Assembly (NCBI GenBank): GCA_032128875.1
Contig: JAVLKG010000006.1
Location: forward strand, 224,001-288,000
DNA length: 64,000 nt
Direction: 5' to 3'
Source of the DNA: Candidatus Melainabacteria bacterium 17Bon1m
GTDB lineage: Bacteria > Cyanobacteriota > Vampirovibrionia > Obscuribacterales > Obscuribacteraceae
Shown here: piece after piece, positions 48,795 to 59,004 of the stretch
How positions within the stretch are numbered: position 1 is the first letter of the stretch
Layout: each line of letters starts with the position of its first letter
Notes under the pieces: generated by a model
What the model saw: only the letters and a program-made list of their open reading frames with translations
Database searches by the model: none
What the model was told of the DNA's origin: nothing
Made by a program: the position numbers and the translations under genes

Positions 48795-50138
48795 ATGTCC
48801 CGACGAGCAATCAATACTCTGACCCTGCTTGCGATAGTCGCAGGTACCGTGGCTGTCCTGCCAGCTTCAGCGCAGACAGATGGAGCGAAAAGGACAGCTG
48901 AGTTTCCTGTGAAGGGTTTGATTAACGAGAGAATTGATCAGATCAACGGCTGGCAACCGAGACTTGCGGACAAACCAGTCATTCAGGGAGTGCGTCGTCT
49001 GGTACCTGCTGATATGAGCAAAGGGCGCGTTGAAATGCCGGTCAAAAGCTTGCTGTTCGACAAATTTAAGCAGCCAGCCGAAGCAAGTAAAGCTCGATCA
49101 GTTGTGGTGCCAGAGTCAGTTGCGGTTCCGGTTCCGCCACCTGCGGAGCTTCGTTTAAGGGCTCCTGCGAAAACTGTGGGCAGTTCGCAGAAGCCCTCAT
49201 TGAAAAATCGCAATGAAAAGGTCGAGCCGGGTAAAGTTCGCTGGCACAAAATGGTTCAAACCGCGATGGACGCGTCTAAGCAGTCTGGCAAACCGGTTTT
49301 GCTGTTTCAGATGATGGGTCATCTCGATGACCGTTTTTGTTGAACGAATGCGCGCCTGGCGAGAACCGTGTTGTTCTCGGATGAAACTGTAGCCAAAGAA
49401 ATCAATGAGAAATTCGAACCAGTCTGGGTTAGTGTGCGCGAAGTTCCGACGGTTACTATTGATTTTGGCAATGGCCATAAAATCAAACGTACTCTGCATG
49501 GCAATGTCGCGTCATATGTACTCACCGCGGATGGTACCATCGTTGATATTCTGCCGGGATTGTACGAGCGCGATGAGTACGTGAAACAGCTCAACAATCT
49601 GTTCTGGGTTCATCACTACATGCCCCTGAGCAGAAATGCGCAAGTATTCCTCGCTGATTATCATAGAGAGCAAGCTCAGTCGATCAAAACGAGCGGGAAA
49701 GCCTTGGAAGTGAGGCCCTTTGCCGACATGTCGAAAATGGCAATCGAGATCAGTACGAAGACAATTTTGCGACCGCCGGGCTGGAGCGCCGGACGTAAAT
49801 CTGGCGTGAAACCTGTGGCAACTGTTGAACATCCCGATTTTTCAAAACCAGGAGAACTCGCACACTGGCGTAAGCTCTTCGATGACACCGCTATCAACGA
49901 AAGAGAGCGCCGCGGACCTGTACATGCGATGTTGTTGGCTCATCCTGTCGCGAAACCCGCGGATGTCACAAAGCAGCTTTATCGCGAAGTGCTTCACGCA
50001 GATATCGACGACCCGTATCTGGGGCTCGGCGAAACACTCTTCAAGGACTACCCATTTACTGAGGATAATCCGGAAGATGCCTCGAGGGCGTCCCTGGGAG
50101 TAAAGCACCGCGCTTCTGAAGGTTCGCAAGCCATCTGA
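48795..50138 (+). CDS. Probable secreted SelN-like thioredoxin-fold selenoprotein (UGA = Sec183, 447 aa)
   Basis: ORFs 48795..49343 and 49368..50138 are in frame, joined by one TGA (49341-49343) in GKPVLLFQMMGHLDDRFC-U-TNARLARTVLFSDETVAKEINEKFEPVW; SECIS-like hairpin follows; GAGG RBS and signal peptide at the start. Confidence 0.8.
49344..49379 (+). promoter_or_regulatory. Candidate bacterial SECIS element
   Basis: 7-bp stem CGAGAAC (49360-49366)/GTTCTCG (49373-49379), loop CGTGTT with G at position 2, 23 nt after the UGA. Confidence 0.65.
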
Positions 50139-50221
50139 TCAGTTGTTCAACTGTTCTGCATCAGTGCTAGATCATTTTTTTCGGTATACCCTGTATGCTG
50201 TGAAAGAGATTTAGGAATTGT

Positions 50222-50962
50222 ATGTCGGACTTGTCAGACGAAGAAAACGAATCAGTCGTCGCCAGAGCATTAAAGGAATACGCTCGGCTGCGAGAACTGT
50301 GGATCATCATTTGCATGATGATTCTCCCGTATTCGATCATCTGGTTGGGGATGAACTTTTTCAAGAGCGCAGTGTGGAGTTTGGCTCTTTATCACGGTTT
50401 ATGCCTTTTGCCTGGCATTATTTGGGGAAAGGAAACGTTCCGAAAACATCTGCGCATACCAGGCTATTTGGAGTTGCTTGGGCTGGTCATAGCAAGCGCA
50501 CTATTTTCTTTCGCTTCATTGTTTACTTATCAGCATTTTGGTTCGATGGTTCTGTCCGACCAACACGTGTTTGATTTGATGCAGACGCTAGGATATAACC
50601 GCGACATTTTTACCCCTCTGTGTGTTTACATTGTCGTTGTAAATCCGGCGCTGGAAGAACTTTTCTGGCGCGGTTTTGTGATGAACAAACTAGACGAGTT
50701 GTGTCCGGACTTTCCTCATTGTGGATTGATTTGGTCTTCGTTTGCTTATGGTGCGTTCCATTATCCGATTATGCAATTGGTGATGTATCCCGGCTGGGCC
50801 GAGTTTGGCACCGTTGCGCTTATGGTGTATGGTGCAGGTCTCGGCATTCTGTATCGCAAAACCAAATCCGTGATTATGCCCGCACTTGCGCACGCTCTTC
50901 TGACCGATCTCTCGGCTGTTCTGCTCATGCTGGCGCTGTTTCAAAAATTGAACGTAAAATAG
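50222..50962 (+). CDS. CPBP (CAAX protease/Abi) intramembrane metalloprotease
   Basis: EELFWRG, YGAFH, AHALLTD, many TMs. Confidence 0.85.
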   Translation: MSDLSDEENESVVARALKEYARLRELWIIICMMILPYSIIWLGMNFFKSAVWSLALYHGLCLLPGIIWGKETFRKHLRIPGYLELLGLVIASALFSFASLFTYQHFGSMVLSDQHVFDLMQTLGYNRDIFTPLCVYIVVVNPALEELFWRGFVMNKLDELCPDFPHCGLIWSSFAYGAFHYPIMQLVMYPGWAEFGTVALMVYGAGLGILYRKTKSVIMPALAHALLTDLSAVLLMLALFQKLNVK

Positions 50963-50985
50963 AGTCTATTTTGATTTCAGATAGG

Positions 50986-51768
50986 CTATTCCATCTTCAG
51001 TAGCTGATGCACGAGAGCTGCTTCTTCGACTTCTTTGGCTAAAAGATTTACGTTATCGTTGTTTTTACCGAAGTCAATGATTGTGAAAAGCGGTTTGCTA
51101 TAAATGCTCACCGTGCAAGAATTCTCAGTCAACGGATCCACCTTTATTCCAACCAGCTCCCCTGGGCTGCGTGCAGTAGCCGCACTTATTGCGCTGACTG
51201 TACCGTCTTCTCTGTCCAACGATTCGAGAGTCCAGCCCTTTTTGGCGCCGATGGCTGAAATACTCAATTCAATTCCCTCTTTGAGGGGGACGGGGATTTC
51301 AACTTTTCGCATTTTATAGAGCTTCGTGTGTTTGAGTGCCGCTTCTCTAGCCATTGATGTTGTCGCAACTTTCAAAAGAAGGAACATATAAACAGCGCAA
51401 AACAGCGTAAGTGCGACGGCGAACAAACCGCCCATTTGGAGACAAGTCCAGACTGTGATGAATTCACCACCCAAACTAATCACAACGCTAGCCATAAGAA
51501 TGGACATCAGCAACCCAGCGGAAAGTCCGCCGATGACTCCGGTATGCAGGCTGAATATGAGCATGTTTTTCGTGCTTGCGCGCGTTTGAGCACGCTTTAT
51601 TTTTAACGTCTGAAGCGTATTACTCAATTCTTCTTGTTCAAATTCCGATAATGCACCAATAATTCTGGTGATTCTAGAAACTCGGCTTTCCATAACAGCC
51701 GGAAGAGCCTTTTCTCCATCGACGTTAGTTTCATTGTTCGCGTTTACGCTATTAACTGATTCTGTCAT
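50986..51768 (-). CDS. Two-TM membrane protein, hypothetical
   Basis: Two TM helices followed by a soluble alpha/beta domain ending in DFGKN. Confidence 0.75.
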   Translation of the reverse strand: MTESVNSVNANNETNVDGEKALPAVMESRVSRITRIIGALSEFEQEELSNTLQTLKIKRAQTRASTKNMLIFSLHTGVIGGLSAGLLMSILMASVVISLGGEFITVWTCLQMGGLFAVALTLFCAVYMFLLLKVATTSMAREAALKHTKLYKMRKVEIPVPLKEGIELSISAIGAKKGWTLESLDREDGTVSAISAATARSPGELVGIKVDPLTENSCTVSIYSKPLFTIIDFGKNNDNVNLLAKEVEEAALVHQLLKME

Positions 51769-52092
51769 TTTTGTTGGTCAGGGAAAACATCAAAAACTGC
51801 ATGCCCAATATCGAGTGTAGCTGAATTGCTTGGATGAAAGGCTCTCGCTAATAAAACCATAGCTAATGAAAAGACCGAGCTGTGCGACTCGGTCTTTTGC
51901 TGGGGGTCCGATAGGTTGTGAAGCACCTATCCTGAAACCTGTTTGTACTTTTGCTTTGACTATTGCTCTTTTCTTGGTCCTTTGATTCTTTCGCTCCTTC
52001 AGCATTGTGTGGTGTGATTGAGCATTCAATTTTGCTGAGTAATCGCGCCTCGGCAGGCGGTATAGCTTTGGCGCGATTATCAGCGTGGTGGG

Positions 52093-53982
52093 CTACCTTT
52101 GCATTATGCGAGCAATAATGTTTGGTTTTTTGCCTTCGGCTACTGCTCTTTCGAGCTTGGTCGCACGCATCTCAAGTCGGGCAGTGACTTTGTGCAAGCG
52201 TTCCAATTCTTTTGGTGGCAACCCTGGAGTCAGGCTTTCATATGCTTTGTATTGCATGACTGATTCTCGGAGTGCTTTCGAGTCTTGTTGGAAGAACCGT
52301 TCTAGCGTCTCTGCCAATCCCAGTCGAGCTTGAGCATTGCGTGGGTCGTTGAAGATTGCCGTGTGGTATTTGTCCACAGCGCTGTTGAATTGCTTTCTGC
52401 GCGCAAGGTCATTGGCAAGATTCAAATCTTGTTTTGTGACTTCGCGAGCTTTAGCAACCAAATGCAATCCACGCTTCGAACTCTCCTGTCCGCCAGGCAT
52501 TGCCGCCAGCTTTTTGAATGCCAGCTCTGCATTGCTCAGGTCTTTGATCATCAGAGTTAAATCTCCGAGCGCGGCTAAGCTTTTCGCCGAGTTTGCATTT
52601 GCCACCAGCGTATTGAATTGTTCGGTGGCTTCTGCAAATTTGTTTTGTGCAAGCAATGCTTCGGCATATGCGACCCGCTCGCCGTCGTTTTTCGGTGTGC
52701 CGATGATGGAGAGATCGACAGGTTTTCCGGAAAGCGAGCGCAATTTCGCATCAGCCAAGCGCAGTTGCAGATTGTTCGGATTCATTTGAATCGCACGAGC
52801 AATAGAAGCTTCTGCCGCTTCGTAATCGTTGTCGGCGATGAATGCGCCGGTGGTTTCTTTCTGCGCTCTCAAATAAAGTGCGCGGGTCAAACCCTCAACA
52901 GCCGCTACATTGCCGGGCTGTGTTTGCAGAACAGCTTCGTAGTCCTTGATGGCATCAGCAATTTTTTCCAAGCGCAAGCTGTTGTTCGCAATGCGCTGCA
53001 AAAGTTCTGTATTGTTGGGCATCAAGTCGAGTCCGGATCTCAGCTCTGCAATGGCGTGCTCAACATCGCCACGATTCTCGCGAATCTCTGCGATTTTGAT
53101 GTAAGCCGACGCGCTTTCAGGCTTGATTCTGATGGTTTCTTGGAATTCTTTGATCGCAGCGACCATATTGCCCTGGCTTTGATAGGCTTTACCCAATTCA
53201 AAGTGGACAGGCGCGCTATTTCTAAATTGATAGAGCGAAGTATTCAATTCTTTGATTGCTTCGTCTGCCATTCCTTGTTGCAAGAAAGCGCGACCCAAAC
53301 CGTAGTGTGCGGTCGAATTGCCGGTATTGAGGGCGGTGGCTTGTTTGAAGCTGGTCATAGCTTCTGCAGTGCGTCCACCGTCGAGTTGGACCATTCCCAG
53401 ACCTGCATATGCGTCTGAGTAAGTCTTGTCGGCACGAATAGCATTCTGGAATGATTGTTCTGCTTGATCGAGTCGACCTTCTTCTTTGAAAACACGACCG
53501 AGCATGCAGTGTGCTTCAGGAAGGTTAGGGTCAGTAGCTAGTGCCATGTTGCATTCGGCGCCTGCTTGTTTGATGAGCGCATCTCTGTTCTTGCGCGTGG
53601 TGCCTGATGAAGATTGCAGTCTGTTCAAAAGAACTTGTGCCTTCCCGCAGTGTGCCATCGCGTTTTGCGCATCTGCTTTTAAGACTTTGTCAAACTCTTC
53701 GTCGGCGCGGTCCAGCTTAAAGCTCTTAGCGTATGCGTATGCCAGTCCGTTGCGCACATTTACATCTTTGGGCTGCTTGTTCAAAGCCGTTCTATATAGT
53801 TCTTCTGCTTCATTGAATTTGCCCTTGCGAATCAAGTCGTCCGCCATAAGCTGTTCTTGGCTGATTCTCGCCTTTAATGTCTTCTTTGCGTTGCGAGCAT
53901 CTGCGTCGCATTGAGCACTTAGAGAGCCGCACAGAAAGAGCGAACCTGCAACCAACAATATGGATTTTTTCTTCAAGTCCAT
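52093..53982 (-). CDS. Secreted multi-TPR protein
   Basis: Signal peptide; many TPRs (AHYGLGRAF, VHFELGKAY). Confidence 0.9.
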   Translation of the reverse strand: MDLKKKSILLVAGSLFLCGSLSAQCDADARNAKKTLKARISQEQLMADDLIRKGKFNEAEELYRTALNKQPKDVNVRNGLAYAYAKSFKLDRADEEFDKVLKADAQNAMAHCGKAQVLLNRLQSSSGTTRKNRDALIKQAGAECNMALATDPNLPEAHCMLGRVFKEEGRLDQAEQSFQNAIRADKTYSDAYAGLGMVQLDGGRTAEAMTSFKQATALNTGNSTAHYGLGRAFLQQGMADEAIKELNTSLYQFRNSAPVHFELGKAYQSQGNMVAAIKEFQETIRIKPESASAYIKIAEIRENRGDVEHAIAELRSGLDLMPNNTELLQRIANNSLRLEKIADAIKDYEAVLQTQPGNVAAVEGLTRALYLRAQKETTGAFIADNDYEAAEASIARAIQMNPNNLQLRLADAKLRSLSGKPVDLSIIGTPKNDGERVAYAEALLAQNKFAEATEQFNTLVANANSAKSLAALGDLTLMIKDLSNAELAFKKLAAMPGGQESSKRGLHLVAKAREVTKQDLNLANDLARRKQFNSAVDKYHTAIFNDPRNAQARLGLAETLERFFQQDSKALRESVMQYKAYESLTPGLPPKELERLHKVTARLEMRATKLERAVAEGKKPNIIARIMQR

Positions 53983-54394
53983 AACAAAATATCCCCTTCA
54001 ACGTTTTCCGAAACGCCACCATAAACCGGGTTTTAAGTCGAAACAAGTTCGGATACCGAATAAGAAGACATAAGTTTGACTATATGGTGAAAATGGGAAC
54101 CTCCGCACTGGTAGAGGCTTTCGATTGGTTTCAAAGTGATCATAAGTTTGTGGAAAAACTTACAAATGTGCGTCGAATAAAAGTGAACTGCTTCTGATAA
54201 AGCGCATGTTTAGCTCGTTTTGGCTACCTCAATTTCGGTACCGAGTGATGAGTTCACGCAAAAGTGTCACCGCATTTAGTAGCTAGTGTCTCGGGGAAGT
54301 CCATTAGGGCTTTCAATTTTGTTAGGCTTTCCAAGAGCCAGGAAAATCTAACAACTTTTCACCTTCCTTATTAGTGGCGGGCAGCTGCACCCTA

Positions 54395-54428
54395 TGTTAT
54401 TCTATTAATTGACCGAACGTTCGGTAAA
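54395..54428 (+). promoter_or_regulatory. Extended -10 promoter with TetR-type palindromic operator
   Basis: TGTTATTCT at 54395-54403; perfect palindrome ACCGAACGTTCGGT at 54412-54425. Confidence 0.7.
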
Positions 54429-54454
54429 TGAAATTGAGCCCTGTCAATTAGGGG

Positions 54455-55606
54455 GTGGCTATGTCAGTGGAGAAGAAAATGCCCAAGACCGCTATGCCTG
54501 TTAAGGAAACCGCCGGCAAGGATGAAACGACCGACAAGGCGCTAGAAGCCAAAATGGTCAACCCACCCACCCATCACGATCGGATGCCAAATCCGGAAGA
54601 GCTTCTGCTCAACTGTGAAGACGCTCCCAAAATCACCGACAGGCTGAACATCTTCCCCTTCGACTGGCGCGTCGAGACTCCTCGTCTCATGGAAATTTAT
54701 GAAAGCTCCCGCGATCCGGGTTGGTCCCCAAGCAAATTGCCGTGGGACACACTCGATGTCGAAAGCATGACTCTCGACCAGCGTTATGCAATTGCTTACT
54801 GGTGGTCGCTGCTTTCTGTATTTGATGCTTCTGGACCGGCTGTTTTTGCCCGAGCCATGATTCACGCTTACGAAACCCACGAAGAAGATTCCATCCGTAA
54901 GTGCTTCTTCTCCGTCACTCGCGACGAGTTGCATCACGAAGAAGTTTGCGGCAAAGCTATCACCTTACTGACGCCCAATGGTCCGCTCGGGTACGAGCCT
55001 GAGACAGAACTCGGTCGATTGGCTCGCAACAATGTTGAATGGCTCTATCACAATGGTGCACGTTATTGGTCTGGCTACAAGAAAGCCGTAGAGCACTATC
55101 CAATGCCCATCCTTTTCAGCTCTTTCCTTTTCGGAGAAGTTGCTTCATCCACGCTCTTCCACAGCATGTACGAAAGCACTGACATTCCTGTCTTCAAAGA
55201 AGCATTCAAGAACATTGGTCGCGACGAAGGCAGACACCTCAGCTTCTGCCTGGCTTTGTTGAAAGAAGTGCTGCCGAAAATGTCTGAAGAAGATAAGGAA
55301 ACTGTCACCAAGCAGTTCCGCGCCGGTTTTATCTTCTTGTCCGGTATTCTCTTCGAGCCACCAGGCGAGTTCTGGCAATTGCCGGATACCTTCATTCCAG
55401 CGCAGCGTCTGCTTGAAGAAAAGGCGCGCGAAGCTGGATTTGGCATTCTTTCTCTGGAAAAACGCAAAGAGAATTGGAGAACAGCGGTTGTGCGCTTGAA
55501 GACCATCGTTGAGCCGTACGGCGTCAAATTCCCGGCGCTTCCGGAAATTGACGTGGATGGCGAAACAGTGGCGTTCGACGCGGACAAAATTATCCCTATC
55601 TTCTAA
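54455..55606 (+). CDS. Ferritin-like diiron protein (putative oxygenase)
   Basis: Two DExxH motifs (RDELHH, RDEGRH) with upstream acidic ligands (VFD, FGE). Confidence 0.75.
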   Translation: MAMSVEKKMPKTAMPVKETAGKDETTDKALEAKMVNPPTHHDRMPNPEELLLNCEDAPKITDRLNIFPFDWRVETPRLMEIYESSRDPGWSPSKLPWDTLDVESMTLDQRYAIAYWWSLLSVFDASGPAVFARAMIHAYETHEEDSIRKCFFSVTRDELHHEEVCGKAITLLTPNGPLGYEPETELGRLARNNVEWLYHNGARYWSGYKKAVEHYPMPILFSSFLFGEVASSTLFHSMYESTDIPVFKEAFKNIGRDEGRHLSFCLALLKEVLPKMSEEDKETVTKQFRAGFIFLSGILFEPPGEFWQLPDTFIPAQRLLEEKAREAGFGILSLEKRKENWRTAVVRLKTIVEPYGVKFPALPEIDVDGETVAFDADKIIPIF

Positions 55607-55669
55607 ACGCGACCTTCAAATCCCTCTACGATTGGCAACATTCGTTGTTTAATCCACTAATATAGAGCG

Positions 55670-56257
55670 ATGGTCAGACCTCGCGCCGAAAATTACCTGG
55701 AGCGTCAGCAAGGCATTCTCGATGCCGCCGCTGCCATGTTTGCAAAGCATGGCTTTAATGGCACGTCTATTGCTGCTTTGGCCGACTCTTGTGGCGTGTC
55801 AAAAGCACTTCTTTATCATTACTATGATTCAAAAGAAGCGCTTCTCTACGACATGCTGCTCGTCCATTGCAAGTTGCTGTCCGAAACCGCCAGCAATGCC
55901 ACTAAAGAGTCAACCAATCCGGAAGAGCAGTTGCGCAGTTTGGTGCGAGCTTTGATGGAACTTTATATGAGTTCGCGCGACAAGCACGTTGTTTTGTTGA
56001 ACGATTTGCACTGTTTGCCAGAAGCTCAGCAAACCGAAATCAAAGAAGAAGAACGCAAGGTTTTGCAGGAGATCAAAGAGCTCATTACGAAGCTTCGTCC
56101 GGACCTTAAGCCACCACAGGTGACATCACTCACAATGTATTTAATGGGTGCTGTTAACTGGACTTACACTTGGTTTAAGCCGCAAGGGCAAGTGACTGCT
56201 GAAGAGTACGCAGATTTAGCAACAAACACTTTCCTCAAAGGTGTTCTGCAAGACTAG
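55670..56257 (+). CDS. TetR/AcrR family regulator (PaaR/KstR2-like)
   Basis: ILDAAAAMFAKHGFNGTSIAALADSCGVSKALLYHYY.SKE; C-terminal GAVNWTYTWFKP.G. Confidence 0.92.
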   Translation: MVRPRAENYLERQQGILDAAAAMFAKHGFNGTSIAALADSCGVSKALLYHYYDSKEALLYDMLLVHCKLLSETASNATKESTNPEEQLRSLVRALMELYMSSRDKHVVLLNDLHCLPEAQQTEIKEEERKVLQEIKELITKLRPDLKPPQVTSLTMYLMGAVNWTYTWFKPQGQVTAEEYADLATNTFLKGVLQD

Positions 56258-56287
56258 CGTGTTTTGCAGGGCTAACGTGTTTGTAGC

Positions 56288-56632
56288 TCACGATCTCGAA
56301 GCGCCTCCTTCGTTTGTTTTTGTCTTTGCTTCTCTTCGAGAATACTTCCCAGGAGTCTCGGCAACAGTGCTCGATTTAAATTGTTGCAGGTCGGCGTGCG
56401 CCTGTCTGAAGAGTACTTGCTTTATATACTGCTGATAGGAAATACCCATTAGCTCCGCGACTTCCTTTATCAATGTCAGCTGAGCTGTCCCCCATCGAAA
56501 GTTGATGCGGCACTCGTCATCAGCGATTTCGGTTTGCCGAATAACCTTTTGATGTAGATCTTTAGGCAAAGTGACGTCGCCCACATTTTTTACTTTGCCG
56601 CGATCAAATTTGCCTCGAGCTTGCCGTTTCAT
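56288..56632 (-). CDS. Ribbon-helix-helix CopG/BrnA-like protein
   Basis: RINFRW..QLTLIKEVAELMGISYQQYIK. Confidence 0.7.
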   Translation of the reverse strand: MKRQARGKFDRGKVKNVGDVTLPKDLHQKVIRQTEIADDECRINFRWGTAQLTLIKEVAELMGISYQQYIKQVLFRQAHADLQQFKSSTVAETPGKYSRREAKTKTNEGGASRS

Positions 56633-56742
56633 CCCAGCCCCTTAGATCGACACTTCATCCGATTCTTCAGTATCGTTGCCCACCATTTTGAGTATATCAT
56701 GAGAGTGGCGATTGTATGGCAATTTGCCACCGGGAGTACAGG

Positions 56743-57240
56743 CTATCCGATGCCGCATTTGCTGCATATGATCGCGCTATTGATATAGATTGCCGTCTCG
56801 CCGATGTCCACAGCTTTTCGGCATTTTCGGCATACGCTGAGATATCGAGCTATAAATACGCTTCCTTCTTTTCCTTGCCGGAAAAATTTGAGTGCGTTTT
56901 TGTCTTTCTTCGCAGTATTTTTCAACTGTTTTGTGAGGGCGACAATTTCAGCTTCTGCTTTGGCACTACGTTCCGGTAAGCGCTGCAGATTTTTGATGCG
57001 ATCGATAATCGCTTGCGTTTCATCAACGTCGGCAACTTTGGTGACGCCTTTTGCAGCTTCTGCTTTTGTAGTGCGGCCGCAGGTGTAGCACTCCACCTTC
57101 TTTGTCAAAGGGTCATACCAAATTCGATCTCCCTTTTGAATGCGTTTTGAGCATTTGCAGTTGCCCACGTACAGAGACTCCATAAGGCGCGGTGTCGGAG
57201 CTATATCAGAAGGACCAGATCGAGAAAATTTGCTCACCAT
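56743..57240 (-). CDS. Protein with two putative zinc-finger modules
   Basis: Y.G.CKC...IQKGDRIWY.....CYTC and RY...CRKC....GE...Y.....CSKC; GAGG RBS before ATG 57240. Confidence 0.7.
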   Translation of the reverse strand: MVSKFSRSGPSDIAPTPRLMESLYVGNCKCSKRIQKGDRIWYDPLTKKVECYTCGRTTKAEAAKGVTKVADVDETQAIIDRIKNLQRLPERSAKAEAEIVALTKQLKNTAKKDKNALKFFRQGKEGSVFIARYLSVCRKCRKAVDIGETAIYINSAIICSKCGIG

Positions 57241-57497
57241 ATTGAACCTCACAGTGGGACAATGTGGCACCATATATGGTGCTATTCGTTCACAGGGACG
57301 GGGTGAGATAAGTGTCGGGATAGTTTAAAAACATCCGTACAAGGCGAACTCGCGAGGATGAGCCCGCGTACGGATTTTTAGCTTTGCTGAGGTGCAGCAA
57401 CTGCTTGTTTTGAAGGGCGATGCTGCAGCACCGCCCTGATGGCTTCCGGAAATAGAGTATTAGTTTTCGACTGCGATTTGAATGTGCAATTCGACAG

Positions 57498-57541
<44 letters not shown>

Positions 57542-57562
57542 GCCTTCTGAATTTACGAAGGT

Positions 57563-58219
57563 CTACTTGCGCGCGATTGCCTTCCAAAGCGGCTCTTTTG
57601 CAATGATCTGCAAAGCTTGTCCTAGCAATGTTTTTCCCGGCTCCATTCGATGCCATGTAGAGGCGCCGGAGGGATGCGGCAGTGGAATGATGTCGAACTC
57701 TTGATCGAATGCTACTTGGCGATGCTTGGTTCCGATAATGCTGGCAAGTTGCGTTTTGCCAAAAAATTGTTCGATAGCCAGTTTTCCGACAGGGATGACC
57801 AGCTCTGGCTGCAGCAGGTCGAATTCTTTGCGCATCCACTCGCTGCAGTTTTTAATTTCCACGTCGTTGGGCACGCGGTCTCCGCCGGTTTTGGCTTTTC
57901 CCGGGAAACATCGGCAAACGGCTGACATATATACGTTCTGCCTGAAGGTCTCTTCGTCGACCCCTATGGAATCGAACCACTTAAAAAGCGTCTTGCCGGC
58001 TGTCCAGGCAAACGGGCGCCCCATCTCGCCTTCGCGCGGTCCTGGCGCTTGCCCTACCAGATATATTTTGCTGATAATCGGTCTGTGGGTGACTACTGGC
58101 CCAATCATGAGCGGGCAGGCTGTGCAGCCTTTCAGTTCTTCAATGTGTCGTGAGATGAGGGTTTTCGAGTCTTTTGCTACTGGCATCGTTGGCAGATAAT
58201 CCGAAACGGGCGTAACCAC
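57563..58219 (-). CDS. Uracil-DNA glycosylase superfamily protein
   Basis: C..C N-terminus, VGQAPG, PF...AG.TL, RCFPG, LPHPSG. Confidence 0.9.
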   Translation of the reverse strand: MVTPVSDYLPTMPVAKDSKTLISRHIEELKGCTACPLMIGPVVTHRPIISKIYLVGQAPGPREGEMGRPFAWTAGKTLFKWFDSIGVDEETFRQNVYMSAVCRCFPGKAKTGGDRVPNDVEIKNCSEWMRKEFDLLQPELVIPVGKLAIEQFFGKTQLASIIGTKHRQVAFDQEFDIIPLPHPSGASTWHRMEPGKTLLGQALQIIAKEPLWKAIARK

Positions 58220-59004
58220 TGAATCGCACGCCTTTCAACGCTAAGTCTATTCTATTGGCGCTCAATCTACATATAGATGGAAATCAGAATCGCAGCAAAT
58301 ACGTTGTAAATTAGCTTCTACTGCGTGTTTTCGTAGGAGTGTTTTCGGACTGGCGCGCTTTTTTGAGTGATATTTTTCAACGAATCCACTACTAACGTGC
58401 ATAGTGAAGAAGGTGATGCTGAGCGAATCTCCGCAGTAGCGCCTTACCTGAATCCTGATTTATATACAAACAATCTACAATCGGCTTTGATTTTCTCGAT
58501 AAGTCCGCCATGGCTTCAAAACCCGCATCAGGACTGGGTTTTATTTCATCTATACAATCCGAAACGGAGACTTGAATTGATTAAATGGTGGGGGTTTTGA
58601 TTAAACATGCTTCTCTACCTCGTTATGTAGTTGGTTTGAAGATGCGCTAGGAATCAGCCTTTCGAGACGCGATATATCGAGCCGTTATTCGGAATAGATG
58701 TGTTGGACTGTATTGCATTAATTGTGAGAGCGGGCTTATCATAAACACAACAGAAACCGCTTTGTATCCGCACTCGTTGCACTGTTTGGTCGACCGTTCT
58801 GGACGATCTAAAAAAGGGTCCTCGCAAACAGGCTAACGAAGGCAAAGTTGATAAGACTCTCTCGGGTCTTGATCGACGGGCGGTCCGCATCTTAAACAAA
58901 CACGGAACAATCGAATCAACGTTTAGTTCCACCGGTGTGGTGGCACGGGCGGTGCTCGCGTCCTCACGCCGAATTGCTGGAAATTCCAGCGAAGGAGGCA
59001 TTCA

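Noticed and set aside
49368-50138. Independent gene, or pseudogene of 48795..50138
   Set aside because: No good RBS and it starts mid-fold; a single UGA at a Cys-adjacent site with a downstream hairpin favours recoding, though a nonsense mutation is not excluded
51790-52029. 79-aa basic ORF
   Set aside because: No clear RBS or recognisable family; cannot be supported
58836-58900. c-di-GMP-I (GEMM) riboswitch
   Set aside because: GGCAAA and a stem are present, but there is no GNRA loop and no GACGCAAA junction or second-stem receptor
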